Assembly (NCBI GenBank): GCA_030390025.1
Contig: CM059432.1
Location: 17,486,001-17,550,000 of the forward strand
Origin: Squalus acanthias
Lineage: Eukaryota
Direction of reading: 5' to 3'
Length of the DNA stretch: 64,000 nt
Shown one piece after another: positions 27,210 to 40,393 of the stretch. The translations under genes were made by a program, and so were the position numbers. The notes under the pieces are model-generated. The model saw nothing but the letters and a program-made list of their open reading frames with translations. It was not told the DNA's origin and made no database searches. Numbering within the stretch: position 1 is the stretch's first letter; the number at the start of each line of letters is the position of its first letter.

Positions 27210-27550
27210 GTCTTTGGAGGTGAGAAAGAGCACAATTGAGCGAGAAAGAGGAGAAAGGGAAAAGGAGTGTAAAGAGACAAGGAGAAAGGGAGAGTATGAG
27301 AAAAGGAGAGAGTGAGTGCGTGTAAAAGATGGAGAGTGTAATTGAGCGAGAGAGAGAGAGAGGGATAGTGCAATTGTGAGGGAAGGAGAAACTGAGTCTG
27401 TGTATAATGGAGAAAAAATACGATTGAGTGAGAGAAAAAGGAGTGATTGAGTGTATGAGAAAGACAGAGTGATGAGGAGAGAAAGAGATAGTAAAAGTGA
27501 GGAGAGAAATTGAGTGTGTGTGTGGCTCTGTCTGTGTGTGAAAGAGAGGC
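27210..27550. repeat. GA-rich low-complexity tract
   Basis: Directly visible. Confidence 0.8.
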
Positions 27551-28019
27551 AGCCAAGTAAAGTAATCAAATAACTTTCTTATTAAGGACTTTTGGACAGC
27601 TTATGATCCAGACTTTATAGTGCGTATATTCTGTTACTGTTTCTGACTATTTTGCAATATGCACGTTATTCCAAGGATCGCATTTAAAAAAGTAAATATA
27701 CGGAGAAGAAATGATCCTCACATCAACTGCGGCTTGTGCATCACACTTGAGAGACCGTAAAATAAACACAAGCACTTTAAGCATGAGAGGCAAGTATATT
27801 TGCATTGATGGGATTCAAAGTAAATCATATATTGCAATGAAATATCAGTTTTATAGTCTTGTGTATACAGCCCAAGCAGTGTGTGTGACATTCTGAAGGA
27901 GCAAGTCCCTGATTATTACTTTTTAAACTTTACGTTCCAATTGTTCCCAATGTTCAACATTGAAGCAATCCTTTCTGTTATATACAAATATCACTACTGT
28001 TCCCTTTCTACGACTGTTA

Positions 28020-29770
28020 TTCTAGGATCTCCCACAACTCTAGGATCATCTAGAGGGTAAGAACAACCTCAAATTCTTCTTCTCTAACATCAGTTGCCTC
28101 CTCTGCTGTTCCTCTCCTGAAACCTCTATTTTTTTTACTTCTGACACCAAAGTAAGGAGCTCATGTGCTTCTTCAGCTCGAAAGTGAGAATATTAGCTAA
28201 GCTCCTGTTGCCTCCTCTCCATCTCTGTACACTACTCTAAACTCAGCCTCCGCTCCCCCTCTCTTGTCTTCCCCTCAGACCTTATCAAACTCATTTCCTC
28301 CATGAAACCTGTCCCCTTTCCTAAAGTGGTCTCATGCTCACTCATGCTATCAACCTCTTCCTAGACTCTGCTACCATCCTCACCATTTTCAAAATTGCTG
28401 TCATCACCCTACTCCCCTTTTAAAAAGCTTGTAAAATTAAATAAATCTGTTGGACTATAACCTGGTGTTGTGCGACTTCTCATTTTTGTCCACCCCAGTC
28501 CAACGCCGGCATCTCCACATCATGACCCTTTTAAATAGACTTAGCATAAACCCCTCTACTCCCTCAAGCTGCTGCCTTCTCTCCAATAATATCCTGTGTA
28601 ACCATGACAATGCCTCATTTTCTTTCCTCATCCTCCCAAATTCATCATCTTTAACACTCTTGACTACTCTTTTCTCCTCTACGACCATTTCTTCATGCTC
28701 CATCTTCATGGCATTCTGCTTGCCTGGTTCCATTCCTATTTTTCTCAATGCAGCCAATACATCTCCACAAATGGTTTCTCCTCCTGCGCCAGCACAGTTA
28801 TCTACGATGTGACCCAATGCTCCATCCCTGACCCCCCATCTTACTCATGGTACCCATTATTAGCATTATCCACCGTTGTCGGCTAGCACATGTATTCTGA
28901 TTACACCAAATTCTATCTCTTCAACCACCCTCATCGAATCCCAGGCTCTTGCTGTACTTTGAGACCGTCTGCCCGATATTAAGTCATGGACGACCAACAT
29001 TTCCTTCAACTCAACCCCACCAAAACTGGCGCTATCTTTTTTCAGTCCCTGTGTGCCTTTGACTGTGGCTTCACCAAGCTGCTCGGCTGCCCCTCCTGCC
29101 GAACCAGGTGGTCCGCAACCTTGATTCGTCTTGAGCTGACTTTTGTCAGTCACTAAGGCTTCTATTTTTCTACCTCCGGAAACCATTTATTTCTGACTCT
29201 GTTTCTTTCTCACTGCCGTTACATTTCAAATTCATGCATTCGTCATCTCCAGAATAGATTTCTCAAGTCCTGCCCGCAAATAACCTCTCCTCCTGCATAA
29301 ACTCCACTTCATTCAGAACTCCGTGCTCAAATTCACCCTCGCACAAAGTTCTGCACAGCGATTACCCCTCTACTCTCCAAGCTCTACCAGCTCCTTACCC
29401 CACCCAGTGCACCGATCTCAAAGTCCTCATCTTCGTTTTCATATTCCCCCGTGGTTTTATCCCGCGTTATCTTCCACCACCATACGTACCGACACTGTGC
29501 ATTCTACCTTGGATTATTGAATGCTTTCTACTCCCTCTGCTCCACCCTCAGTGGCTACACCCTGCTGTTTGGAACTGCCTCCCTAAACCACTTTGCCAGG
29601 CTACCGTTCTCCTTCTTTCAAAAGCGTATTAAAAACTGACCTCTTGGATTGTGTTTTTCAATTTCCTCTTTATCCTTCCTATGCTATGCTTGGCTTCCCC
29701 TCTCCCCTTTGAAAAACACTCCAGAGATATTTGTTCTACATGAGGGGGCTATAAGAATGTGAGTTGTTGT
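28020..29770 (+). mobile_element. Old degraded L2-clade LINE
   Basis: Decayed L2 motifs (cttgcctggttccattcctat, ttccttcaactcaac, ggggctataagaatgtgagttgttgt tail). Confidence 0.6.
28425..28525 (+). mobile_element. Penelope terminal-repeat fragment
   Basis: aagcttgt..ctgttggactataacctggtgttgtgcgacttctc..ccacatcatg; TSD cccttttaaa (28415-24, 28526-35). Confidence 0.8.
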
Positions 29771-31274
29771 GGTTATAACTAATGATCCATTCTGTTCCGT
29801 ACCGCTTACCCAAAAGATTCCACTACAGACACTCAGTGCCTCATTCAATTTTCTACAGAGTAAAAGGAAAAATTACAAAATGCTCGGGAAGTTACTTACC
29901 TTACTGCTATCACTGATGGAAAACTGTCCTACACGGATATTACTCTTAAATAAAGCATTTAAAAAAAGTATGTTTGTAACAACAATGAATGGCATAAGAA
30001 GTAATAGACAGTATTTTTAATGATCTGTGGTCCCTGAGAAAGTCAGTTAACCGAGGCGAGAGAACACACAGAAAATGAATTGGTGCAAATGTCCATTATA
30101 TAGCAAACCTAACTGTGAATCCATTACATTAATATATTAATTTTACTAAAACACTCCAGTTTTACAGCCAGAGAAATCGAAAACCAACATATCACTATCA
30201 GCATGTTTAACATTGAAATTCTAGTGCTAAACCATGTAATTGCTGGCAAGATAAATAGATATTCCTTAAAACAGACATAGCATGCACCAAAATACTACCT
30301 AGGTTTTCTGTAAAAAAAAAAGTTTAATTTAAATCATGAAGGAACAAGAACACAGTATAATGAAAGAATGGAGTTTAAAGAAAGGAGAAGTGTAAAAATC
30401 ACATTTCTTGATTATCTTTTTAAAACTTTTCTTACAAAGTGAACATTAGCGGAGCCTACTTACGGTCGACTTCAGTGAGAGCAGCTGGTTCCTTCTGTAT
30501 TTCAGATGCTTTAGTGATGTGACACACAGTGTATTGTTTTTGGACTTGCCTTTGGCAGGCTCAGAGGAACTCAGGGCATGATTTCGAGGCAGTTGACGTC
30601 AGATTTTTCCTTTCACTTAAAGTCTGCACCACTTTGGTAAAATGTAGCGAACTGCAGACAACCCACTGACTCTCAAGAACTGCAGAAGGATTTACATAAA
30701 AGTACATTTGAACTACAAAAAAAGCCACAAGATGTGATTCCAAATAAAATCTCAGTGTGATTCTAGCGAAATAAGTAAAAAGTTATTTAACAAAAATTTA
30801 AATTGTTACCATACAGTTTTGGATTTAAAGAAAACATAATGAGCTCCACGTAGATTTTTCAATTGTAAGGACCTCTACAGAAGTGGAATATTTAACTCTG
30901 AACACAAATTGTAATCCTTAAAGTGACACAGTTGTATTGGTAAATTGGTCTGCAGGAAATTTTACCAAGTTTATGTACAGAAGTGAGCAATGAAGTAATT
31001 CAGGGCAAATTTGCATCACCAAAAATATCCACTGTTAAAAATGTTTGACTTTGTTGAAAGCTTATTTTAAATTTAACAAGACATCATTACAGATTTACAA
31101 CATCTGCTACAGCACAATCTGCCTCACTACGCAAATTTTCAAATAAACTTTCCACTTTTAGCAGACCACACAACTCATCCTTCCCCAGGATCTCAAGACT
31201 TTGCAACTCCTTTGCCTCTCTCAGTCTTCCTTTCTTGATACAATCTATGGGCTTTCAAAACTCAAAGTTAAGTA

Positions 31275-31451
31275 GGGGACAATTTTAACCTCACTCCCCG
31301 TCGGGAAACTGATGGGATCTGGTGGTTTTACACACCGCCTGATTTTACTCTCTGTTGAACTAGATTGAGAGTGATCTCGGGCGGGGTGTAAAACCGGCGC
31401 TCCTCCAGATCCCGTCAGTTTCCCGACAGGCGGGTAGGTTAACCTGACCCC
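31275..31451. mobile_element. Fold-back MITE
   Basis: gtcgggaaactgatgggatctgg / ccagatcccgtcagtttcccgac internal inverted repeat; gggg..cccc termini. Confidence 0.7.
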
Positions 31452-31641
31452 TATAGCACGTCTTCATCTACCTTGTTCTCTCTCCTACTTTTCATCTGTG
31501 ATGATCTCCTCTGCTATGAGGTTTGGTTCTTAACTCAGGTTTCTCAATTTGCTGGAATGATAACATTTTCAACGGTTACTTTTTATTGCTTCGGGTATCC
31601 TGTTCTTTTTCTATCGAGGCTCGTCGACTTGTTCAGTTAGT

Positions 31642-31818
31642 AGGAGTCATTTTCCGACTTTGCGCTCCCAATGGGAGCCTCGCCCACTGGAACCACCTAC
31701 CGGTGCGGGGACTGTGCTGCCCGGGATTTTCCAACCATTTTAATTAAACGTTGGAAAATCGTACACAGCTCAAATTTCCAATGTACGCTTCCAACAGGCA
31801 AAGTCAGGAAATTACCCC
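31642..31818. mobile_element. Fold-back MITE
   Basis: ggagtcattttccgactttg / caaagtcaggaaattacccc; central gattttccaac..gttggaaaatc. Confidence 0.6.
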
Positions 31819-32317
31819 TAATATGCCCACAGATACCTTGTAGTAAAAAAAAGTCACCCCCCCCCCCACTCATCCATTCATGCGTGCAATTTAAGCATGG
31901 AGTGGGATGGTTTCTTCCAGGTCTACGTCCCCAACACTCAGCATTCACTGCCCCCTGATGGAAACTGGGCACAAGGATTAAATTCTGTCCCTTTGTCTAT
32001 TCCGCTCCTAAAGTATCCACATACCTGTTCATGTGAGTGCACTGTGACTCTAAAAACAAAACATTGTTTGTAGAATTTACATGTGAAAAATAATGGGCAA
32101 GAAAAGTCTGTATTTTGTTGCCATGCATGATCCTGAATAGAGGGCAAAATGCAGCTTTTAGTTTCCAGCAACGCCCTCTGCATCCCCTGCATTCAATCTA
32201 TTCCCTTTTGCCTAATTTATGAGGTTCTAAGTTTAAAAATAGTATAAGCATTAATTTAAGTTCTAATCCTAAATATATCCATGACTAAACATTTATAAAA
32301 ACAAAAGGTCTGCAATT

Positions 32318-32773
32318 TTATATATATATATATATATATATAAATGTGTGAGTCTCTATATATGTTTTATATATATATGGAGTGCTAAGGAGTCAGGAAG
32401 AGCACTCCTACTACTCTCGGCTCCACGTTAAAGTAAGTATTTTAAAATAAAACTTACCTTATTGGTGGCGGCCACCAGTGGTCCCTTTTAAGGACGGCTC
32501 GTTAAGCCGCTTGCAGACCATGTTTTCCTGGGTGAAGCAGATCCAAACGCTTGCTCCGCACAGGGAAAACAAATTTCCAGAATGGGTCCTAAAACAGGCG
32601 TTAGGCCATTTATTAGCATCTTCAAGAGGTCTAAGGCCGGTTTTAAGGCCAATATGGCGCTGGGACACGCTTCTGATGCTGTTTGGGCACGGGCGGTTGG
32701 TCCCCTAAATGGGACATCTGTGCCCCCTTTTCCTTGTGGAAAACAACTGCATTGAGGTTCAATTTTCCCCCCC
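32318..32773. mobile_element. (TA)n tract plus right half of a Harbinger-type MITE
   Basis: Ends caattttcccccc like the autonomous TIR; similar GC-rich segment at ~2290-2470. Confidence 0.5.
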
Positions 32774-33810
32774 ATGATATCATAGAATCATAAAATGATA
32801 CAGCACAGAAGGAGGCCATTCAGCCCGTCGTGCCTCTGCCAGCTCTTTGGCAGAGCTATCCAATTAATGCCACTCCCTGATCTTTCGGGGGGGTTAGCCA
32901 ATTTCTCTCCCAGTAACACAGTTTGAAAAGTCATTATCATCATAACAATGTCATGCATACATGGTGCGACGATTTGTTTCAATGTGATTTATGGAACTAC
33001 CTCTCATGATCACAAATAAAAATTTTTTTTAATGAAAAACGTGCCGTTTTAATTTGAGAAGAAAATTTCTAGAAATGGGCAAAGGGCCAAGAGATGTCTA
33101 TCTCTCTCGGAAACGTGATGATTTCATGCCCTTTTTGGGAAGGTTAGTGAGGTGGTAGGTGGGAGTACGATGGTTCACTCGCTTGCATTTACAGAGCTAA
33201 ATTGATGTCATTAGCCAGGATTCGTTCTGAAACAATGTGATTGTTGCAGCAGAGTAGGTGGAGAAAAAAAATGGGACCTCTTCATCTTGGAATATTCGTT
33301 GCTCCCACCAAGTTATCTTTATTTTATTGTTTATGTCAGTTTACTTGTTCCTGTGACATTTAACTTAGCTGCTTCCTTTTTGCTTTTGATGCCAAAGCCA
33401 AGGGGAACAGCTAAGCTCAGTCATCAGCATTGCACTTTAGAGTTAAGGATGTATCATTTTACACGGAGAGGTAGTAAGGAGGAGAGGCCATTCCTATTCC
33501 CTGGTGACTGAGGGTCAGAAGTAGGACGTCCAGTGGGATCAGTCTCTAACTTCAGGTTCCAATACACTTGAATTTTATGACCTCCAAAACCAGTCCTGAA
33601 GAAGTAAAAGTTCTCAATCTGCTGTCCTTCACTCTGCCAGTGCATTTCACACTTCTTTTAGCCTCAACCTGTCACATTAACACCTCCTCTTGCCTTGATC
33701 ATCTCTTGGTGTCTCTCAATGTCTCTTAATCTCTCCTTTTGTTCTTTCATCCCTTCCCCCTTTTCCCAGCTTTATACTTGCTTGAAATCTATTTCATTTC
33801 CTGCTTTTTT

Positions 33811-33852
33811 CCAGTTCTGACGAAAGGTCTTCGACCTGAAACGTTAACTCTG
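33811..33852 (+). ncRNA. Minimal hammerhead ribozyme in a Penelope-derived 3' repeat (~33650-33915)
   Basis: agtt-CTGACGA-aaggtc-ttc-gacct-GAAA-cgtt-aact; stems I and II pair; palindromic AACGTT. Confidence 0.7.
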
Positions 33853-35269
33853 TTTCTCTCTCCACGGATGCTGCCAGGCCTGCTGAGTTTTTCCAGCGTT
33901 TTCTGTTGTTATTTCTCAATCTTAGTATTTACTCTCTTCTTTCACTGCTAGGTTTGCTATGAATTAGTTTCACACCCAATCAGTTAGACACTTACAAAAA
34001 AAGCACAGCACAACCACTCAACTAGTTACTGTGCCCATTGGCAACTCACGGTTAAGTTAGAAAGAATACAATCTAAGCCAAGGTAGAGCATTGGCATGTA
34101 TTTTGGTCAAAAATGGATACTCTTCTGAACATTAGCTTTGATACCACTAAATCAGCTGATTCAGACACCTTAAGCTGCGACACCATGACAGACTGAATTC
34201 ACTCTATAGAGTGCAATTGAGCTACCATTTAATGCTTTTAAGGAAAGGAGTGACAGTAATAGGAAGGGAGCACAGCCAAATAAAGATAATTATATCGATC
34301 AAATATTTTATACTCTGCTGTTGGATTGGGTTGCTTTTGAGGGCTTTATTGCTCACGCCCTTGCATTGCTTTGTCAGATTTATTCTCGATTCCCTCCCCC
34401 CAAGAGACAAGCTCACTCTGAGCTGAGGGTCAGCTAGCTTGATGGAGACTGAAGTCCAATTCTTCCTCTTGTTTAACTGCCTCAGATTGTTGCTGGGACT
34501 GAGCCACAATCACTCAGCTGGTTTGTAGCAGTCCTTTGTTGCCAGAGAATTTTGCCCACAAAGGAAACAGGCTCAACTTCACGGGGAATTATGAGAACAA
34601 TGAATTCAAAGACACAGTCCCGTTTTGGTTGTGAAAGCATAACTTGTAAGCTATATAGGAACTTGGCTTCATTGTGGGTCCAATGGCTAACAGTCAGAGA
34701 ACACTGGCTATATCTGAATTATGCTACTTGGCATAATAGTTATGCAAATGGCTTCTATCAACAATATACCTTGCTAATAGTTTGACGGCTGCATTTACTT
34801 TATTACCGCCAGGATATAAACATGCTTCACATTTATTTATTTGAGAAATAGCTGAGCAGGCCTGAGGAGGGTCTGTAACTGCAGCCGGCAATCAGTGCTG
34901 GTCTTGCGACAAGGTGAGTACTGCCGGCAGTGTTGAGAATCTCGTTGAGAAAGAAGGTATTGCTTATTTCTACTGGTAGGGTTTGCTTTACATTAGGGTC
35001 AAGAAGTATTTCTCAACTTTCTCCTTGAAGGGGAAACCTCAAAGCCTCCTCATTCAAGCCTTGAGGTCCCCAGGTCCAAGGGTGAGGTGCCAAGATTCAT
35101 TGGCACATCTTCAAATTCACTTTTGCCAAGTGAATTTAGTGTTGGTTCAAATTACAATACTTGTCAATATTGCTATAATATAAAAACTTTAACACTAAAA
35201 TTTATACAATTGTTTTTTATTAATCAAAAAACTAAAATGGCCCCCTGAGAACTTGGGCATCAAATCGTT

Positions 35270-36075
35270 AGGGCAGAGGCTGAATAATCAGTGACAAGTG
35301 GTTGACCTCCTGATCGCTCAAACTCTCTCCACTAGGTACAAGGTTCAAGTCAGGAGTGTGATGAAACACTCATCACTCACCTGGATGGGTGCAGCCACAA
35401 TGAAACTCAAAAAAATATTATCCAGGACTAAGGTTAATTCAACAGCACTGACCTCTACCACTGAGGAACAGTGTTGTAAATTTGACTTCCGCCCGAAACA
35501 AGCGCAAAGTGGGTAGACCGACTGTGCCACCCAGCTGAAGCTGGCATCAAGGAATGGGCAGCTGTCAGTTGAAAATCATCCCCAGCAACTCCCCCCCCCC
35601 CCGTCCCAAGATCTACTCCAAGTTGCACACTATCCTGACTTGGACGTATATCGCGATTCCTTCACTGTCGCTGGATCAATATCCTGGAATGGCGCACCGT
35701 GGCTGTATTGTGTACTAACTACAAGTTTCTCTGCAGCAACTCGCCAAGGCTTCTTCGGCAGCACCTCGCAAACCTGAGACCTCTTCCACCTAGAAGGACA
35801 AGGGCAGCAGGTGCATGGGAATACCACCACTTCCAAGTTCCCCCTCCAAGTCATACACCATCCTGATTTAGAAATATATCGCCGATCCTTCATCGTCGCT
35901 GGGTCAAAACCCTGGCACTCCCTCCTTAACAGCATTGTGGGAGTACCTTCACCACACAGACTGCAGCGGTTCAAGAAGGCGGCTCACCACCACCTTCTCA
36001 AGGGCAATTAGGGATGGGCAATAAATCCTGGCCTTGCCAGCGATGCCCACATCCCATAAACAAATTTAAAAAATA
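35270..36075 (+). mobile_element. Poly(A)-tailed LINE fragments (rearranged)
   Basis: YKVQVRSVM..WMGAA; RRSFIVAGSKPWHSL..RFKKAAHHHLLKGN. Confidence 0.7.
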
Positions 36076-36319
36076 TAGTATTTGCTTCAATTAGGCCAAA
36101 CAGTTTTGTGTCTGGCGCAAATTTTACAATTTCAAAATACACAACGATATTTTTGCAAAAATCATAGAATCATACAGCACAGAAGGAGGCCGTGCGGCCC
36201 ATTGTGCCAGTGCGGGCTCTTTGAAACAGCTATCCAATTAGTCCCACTCCCCTGCTCTTTCCCCATAGCCCTGTAATTTTTTCCTTTTCAAGTTGTTATC
36301 CAATTCCTTCTTGAATCTA

Positions 36320-36494
36320 AAGTGAGAAGTCGCACAACACCAGGTTATAGTCCAACAGTTTTATTTGAAATCACAAGCTTTCGGAGCGCTGCTCCTTCGT
36401 CAGGTGAAGTGTTGGACTATAACCTGGTATTGTGCGACTTCTCACTTTTGTCCACCCAAGTCCAACACCGGCATCTCCGCATCATGGCCACTAT
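36320..36494 (+). mobile_element. Penelope-derived mini-element with 38-bp inverted arms, inserted in a CR1 tail
   Basis: Arms 36320-57 / 36410-47; 13-bp TSD cttcttgaatcta (36307-19, 36495-507). Confidence 0.8.
36371..36407 (-). ncRNA. Minimal hammerhead ribozyme
   Basis: Minus strand tcac-CTGACGA-a-ggagc-agc-gctcc-GAAA-gctt-gtga; stems I and II fully paired. Confidence 0.7.
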
Positions 36495-37643
36495 CTTCTT
36501 GAATCTACTTCAACCACCCTTTCCGGCAGTGCATTCCATTACAATTTGCTGTGTACAAAAATTCTCCCCCCTGGATGCAGAGGTTAGTCTCTAAGATCCT
36601 GAAACCTGGGCTCATTCTCTGACTTACGGCAATAGTTCAAGTGGCACCCCTACTGTGAATTAGCATTGTAGGCAGACCCGCCACAGACTGTATCCAAATC
36701 ACAACTGTTATTGCAAGGAAGGGTTAAAGGCAGCAAAGTAGCATTGTATATAATCACCTAATGCAGGAGTGGGTTAACACTCAGTGAGCTGGACTGTACC
36801 CTGGACATTTTACCTAAATAGATATAATTGGATTCTCTAGACTTACAACAGAATGGAAACACATGTGGCGCTGTGACTTTTATGAAGGCTTTTGATGTGG
36901 TAAAGCACAGCATTCCATGCAATCGAATCAAAGGGGTTAATAATCAAACCTCTTTGAGTAACATTCTGGAAGCAATAGGCCACAGTTACTGTTCTGGTTC
37001 GATCAAAATGCTTGGCATAAAATAGCAGTGTGAGTTTATCGTGCTGCTAAGTTAAGACACTCATTTAGATTTAAATTGCTTATTTCCTACATTACAACAG
37101 TGACTGCACTTCAAAAGTAGTTCATTGGCTGTGAAGCGCTGAGGTCATGAAATACTCTACCTATCTGGCCCCCTCCACTGTGCTTGCCTGACATCCTGTC
37201 TTGGATGAGCTGTAATTTCCTCCATTTAAACATTGGGAAGATCAAAGCCATCCATCGCCTTTGGCTCTTACCCCAAAATCTGTACTTTTGTCACCGATTC
37301 CATCCTCTTCCCTGACCACAGTCTCGGGCTGAGCCAGACTGTTTATAACCTCAGGGCTAGAAATTCGGCTCCTTTGCGCCTGCCGTTAGCGCCTCCGGAG
37401 GGGTGGGGGGGAGGGGCGCTAATGGTGATCAAAGGGCTTATTGCCCGGGGGGGGGAGGCAAAGGGGAGGTGCAAGAAAAGCGCCTCCCAAGAAATTCAGC
37501 GGGGCGTTGCTGAGGTGCTACCCTATAGCGCCACGCCCCCGCCAATAGCGCCCTGGGCTGCTGCACCGCCGGCGATGATGTCATTGGCGTGTGCCGCGAT
37601 TCCTTAGCGCCCCGCCGCTGAAATTCGGCTGCGCCCCGTGAGG

Positions 37644-38009
37644 CTGCTATTTTACGCCAAGCATTTTGCTCGAACAAGAGCAGTAACTGTGGCCTATTGC
37701 TTCCAGAATGTTACTCAGAGAGGTTTGATTATTAACCCCTTTGATTCGATTGCATGGAATGCTGTGCTTTACCACATCAAAAACCTTCATAAAGTCACAG
37801 AGCCAAAGGCGATGGATGGCTTTGATCTTCCCAGTGTTTAAATGGAGGAAATTACAGCTCATCCAAGACAGGATGTCACACAAGCACAGTGGAGGGGGCC
37901 AGATAGGTAGAGTATTTCATGACCTCAGCGCTTTACAGCCAATGAACTACTTTTGAAGTGCAGTCACTGTTGTAATGTAGGAAATAAGCAATTGAAATCT
38001 AAATGAGTG
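37644..38009 (-). repeat. Inverted copies of neighbouring DNA (36871-37028, then 37058-37268)
   Basis: Direct reverse-complement match, about 95% by eye. Confidence 0.9.
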
Positions 38010-40278
38010 GTATTCAAAGGGGAGGTGCGGCCGCGACCCGGACCTCCATTTTCTTTTTTTGGCCGATCTCCAGGTCGGCCCTCCGCGGTGGGCCGTGGCG
38101 TGGTCCTGGCCGCCATCACGCAGCCCGGCACCGCGGCACCACGCCGCCCAGGTGGCCTAGTGTGGGCCATCGGAGGCCCTGCAGAGTGTGAAGGGGAGGG
38201 GCGTTGAAACGCGGCAACGCTCCTTGGAGCCTCCGTGGTGCGCTGTTGATTGTGCCCCGACATCGCCTCGGTTACCGTCTCACCAGGAAGCGGAGCATCC
38301 CGACATTGCTCAGTAGTCGGGAAAATGCTCGAACCTATTGTTAAGGACGTGGTAACAGGGCACTTAGAAAATAACAATAGGATTGGGCAGAGTCAACACG
38401 GATTTATGAAAGGGAAATCGTGTTTGACGAATCTGTTAGAGTTTTTTGAGGGTGTAACGAGCAGAATAGATAAGGGGGAACCAGTGGATGTGGTGTATTT
38501 GGATTTTCAGAAGGCATTTGATAAGGTGCCACACAAGAGGTTATTAAACAAAATTAGGGCTCATGGGACTGAGGGTAATATACTAGCATGGATTGAGGAA
38601 TGGTTAACGGACAGAAAACAGAGAATAGGAATAAACGGGTCATTTTCTGGTTGGCAGGCTGTAACTAGTGGGGTACCGCAAGGATCAGTGCTTGGGCCTC
38701 AGCTATTCACAATCTACATCAATGATTTGGATGAGGGGACCAAATGTAATATATCCAAGTTTGCTGATGATACAAAGCTGGGTGGGAATGTAAGTTGTGA
38801 GGAGGATGCAAAGAGGCTTCAAGGGTATATAGACAGGCTAAGTGAATGGGCAAGAACATGGCAAATGGAATATAATGTGGAGAAATGTGAAGTTATCCAC
38901 TTTGGTAGGAAAAATAGAAAAGCAGAGTATTTTTTAAATGATGAGAGATTGGAAAATGTTGGTGTTCAGAGGGACCTGGGTGTCCTTGTACACGAATGAA
39001 GTAACGGAGAGGATTGATGAAGGGAATGCAATGGATGTTGCCTACATGGATTTTCGGAAGGTGTTTGACAAAGTACCACAAAGTGGCCAGCGCAGACACG
39101 ATGGGCCGAAACAGCCTCCTTCTGTGCTGTAACTTTTTATTTATTTATGAGAAGGCTGGTTAACATAATTGAGGTTCAAGGAATAGGTGGGTCAGTGGCA
39201 GCTTGGATAAGGAATTGGCTTAAGGACTGAAAACAGCAAGTTGTGGTAAATGGCTGTTTTTCAGACTGGAGGATGGTAGACAGCGGTGTTTCCCAAGGGT
39301 CAGTGCTGGGGCCATTGCTTTTTTTGAAATATATAAATGACCTGGATATTGGAATACAGAGTAGAATTTCTAAATTTGCCGATGACACCAAACTTGGGGG
39401 TGTGGCAAACAGTGATGATGATATCAATCGACTGCAACAGGACACAGAAAGGCTAGCAGAATGGACAGACAAGTGGCAGATGGAATTTAATACAGAGAAG
39501 TATGAGGTGATGCATCTTGGAAGTAGGAACAGGGAGAGGCAATATACACTTAATGGCACAGGGTTAAAGAGTGTGCAGGGACAGAGGGACCTGGGAGTTA
39601 ATGTGCATAGGTCCCTGAAGGTGGCAGGACATATTGAGAGAGTGGTTAACAAAGCATATGGGACCTTGGGCTTCATAAATAGAGGTATTGAGTACAAAAG
39701 TAGAGAAGTTATGCTGAACCTTTAAAAAGTGCTGGTTAGGCCATAACTGGAGTATTGCGTCCAGTTCTGGTCACCACACTTTAGGAAGGATGTGAAGGCC
39801 CTTGAGAGGGTGTAGAGGAGATTTACCAGAATGGTTCTGGGGATGGGAGATCTTAGCTACAAGGACTGGTTGGAGAAGCTGGATTTGTTTTCATTAGAGC
39901 AAAGGAGGTTGAGGGGTGATTTGATAGAGGTGTACAAGGGTATGGATAGGCCAGATGGGGAAAGGCTGTTCCCACTAGTTGATGGTACAAAGACTAGGGG
40001 ACACAGATTTAAGGTTTTGGGCAAGAGATACAGGGGGCATGTGAGGAAAAACTTTTTTACGCAGCGAGGGTGATGACCTGGAATTCGCTGCCAACGGAAG
40101 TGGTGGAAGCGGAGACACTCAATGTTTTCAAGGGGAGACTGGATAGGCACTTGAGGGAAATAAACTTACAGGGCAATGGGGATAGAGCGGGGGAATGGGA
40201 CTGACTGGATTGCTCTATAGAGAGCCGGCACGGACTAGATGGGCTGAATGGCCTCCTTCTGTGCCGTTATGACTCTAT

Positions 40279-40393
40279 GGGGTAGAAATTAGGTCGCGCC
40301 CCATTTGGGGCGCAAATATCGTCCGGACGTAAATATTAGCGCCTGGCGCTAATTATCGGCACTGACGGGAAACTTCACTTGAATTTTTACCCC
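40279..40393 (-). mobile_element. 115-bp mini-Harbinger (deletion derivative)
   Basis: TIRs ggggtagaaatt / aatttttacccc; TSD TAT (40276-78, 40394-96); 40279-40380 is the reverse complement of 44575-44676 (~10 mismatches). Confidence 0.9.
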
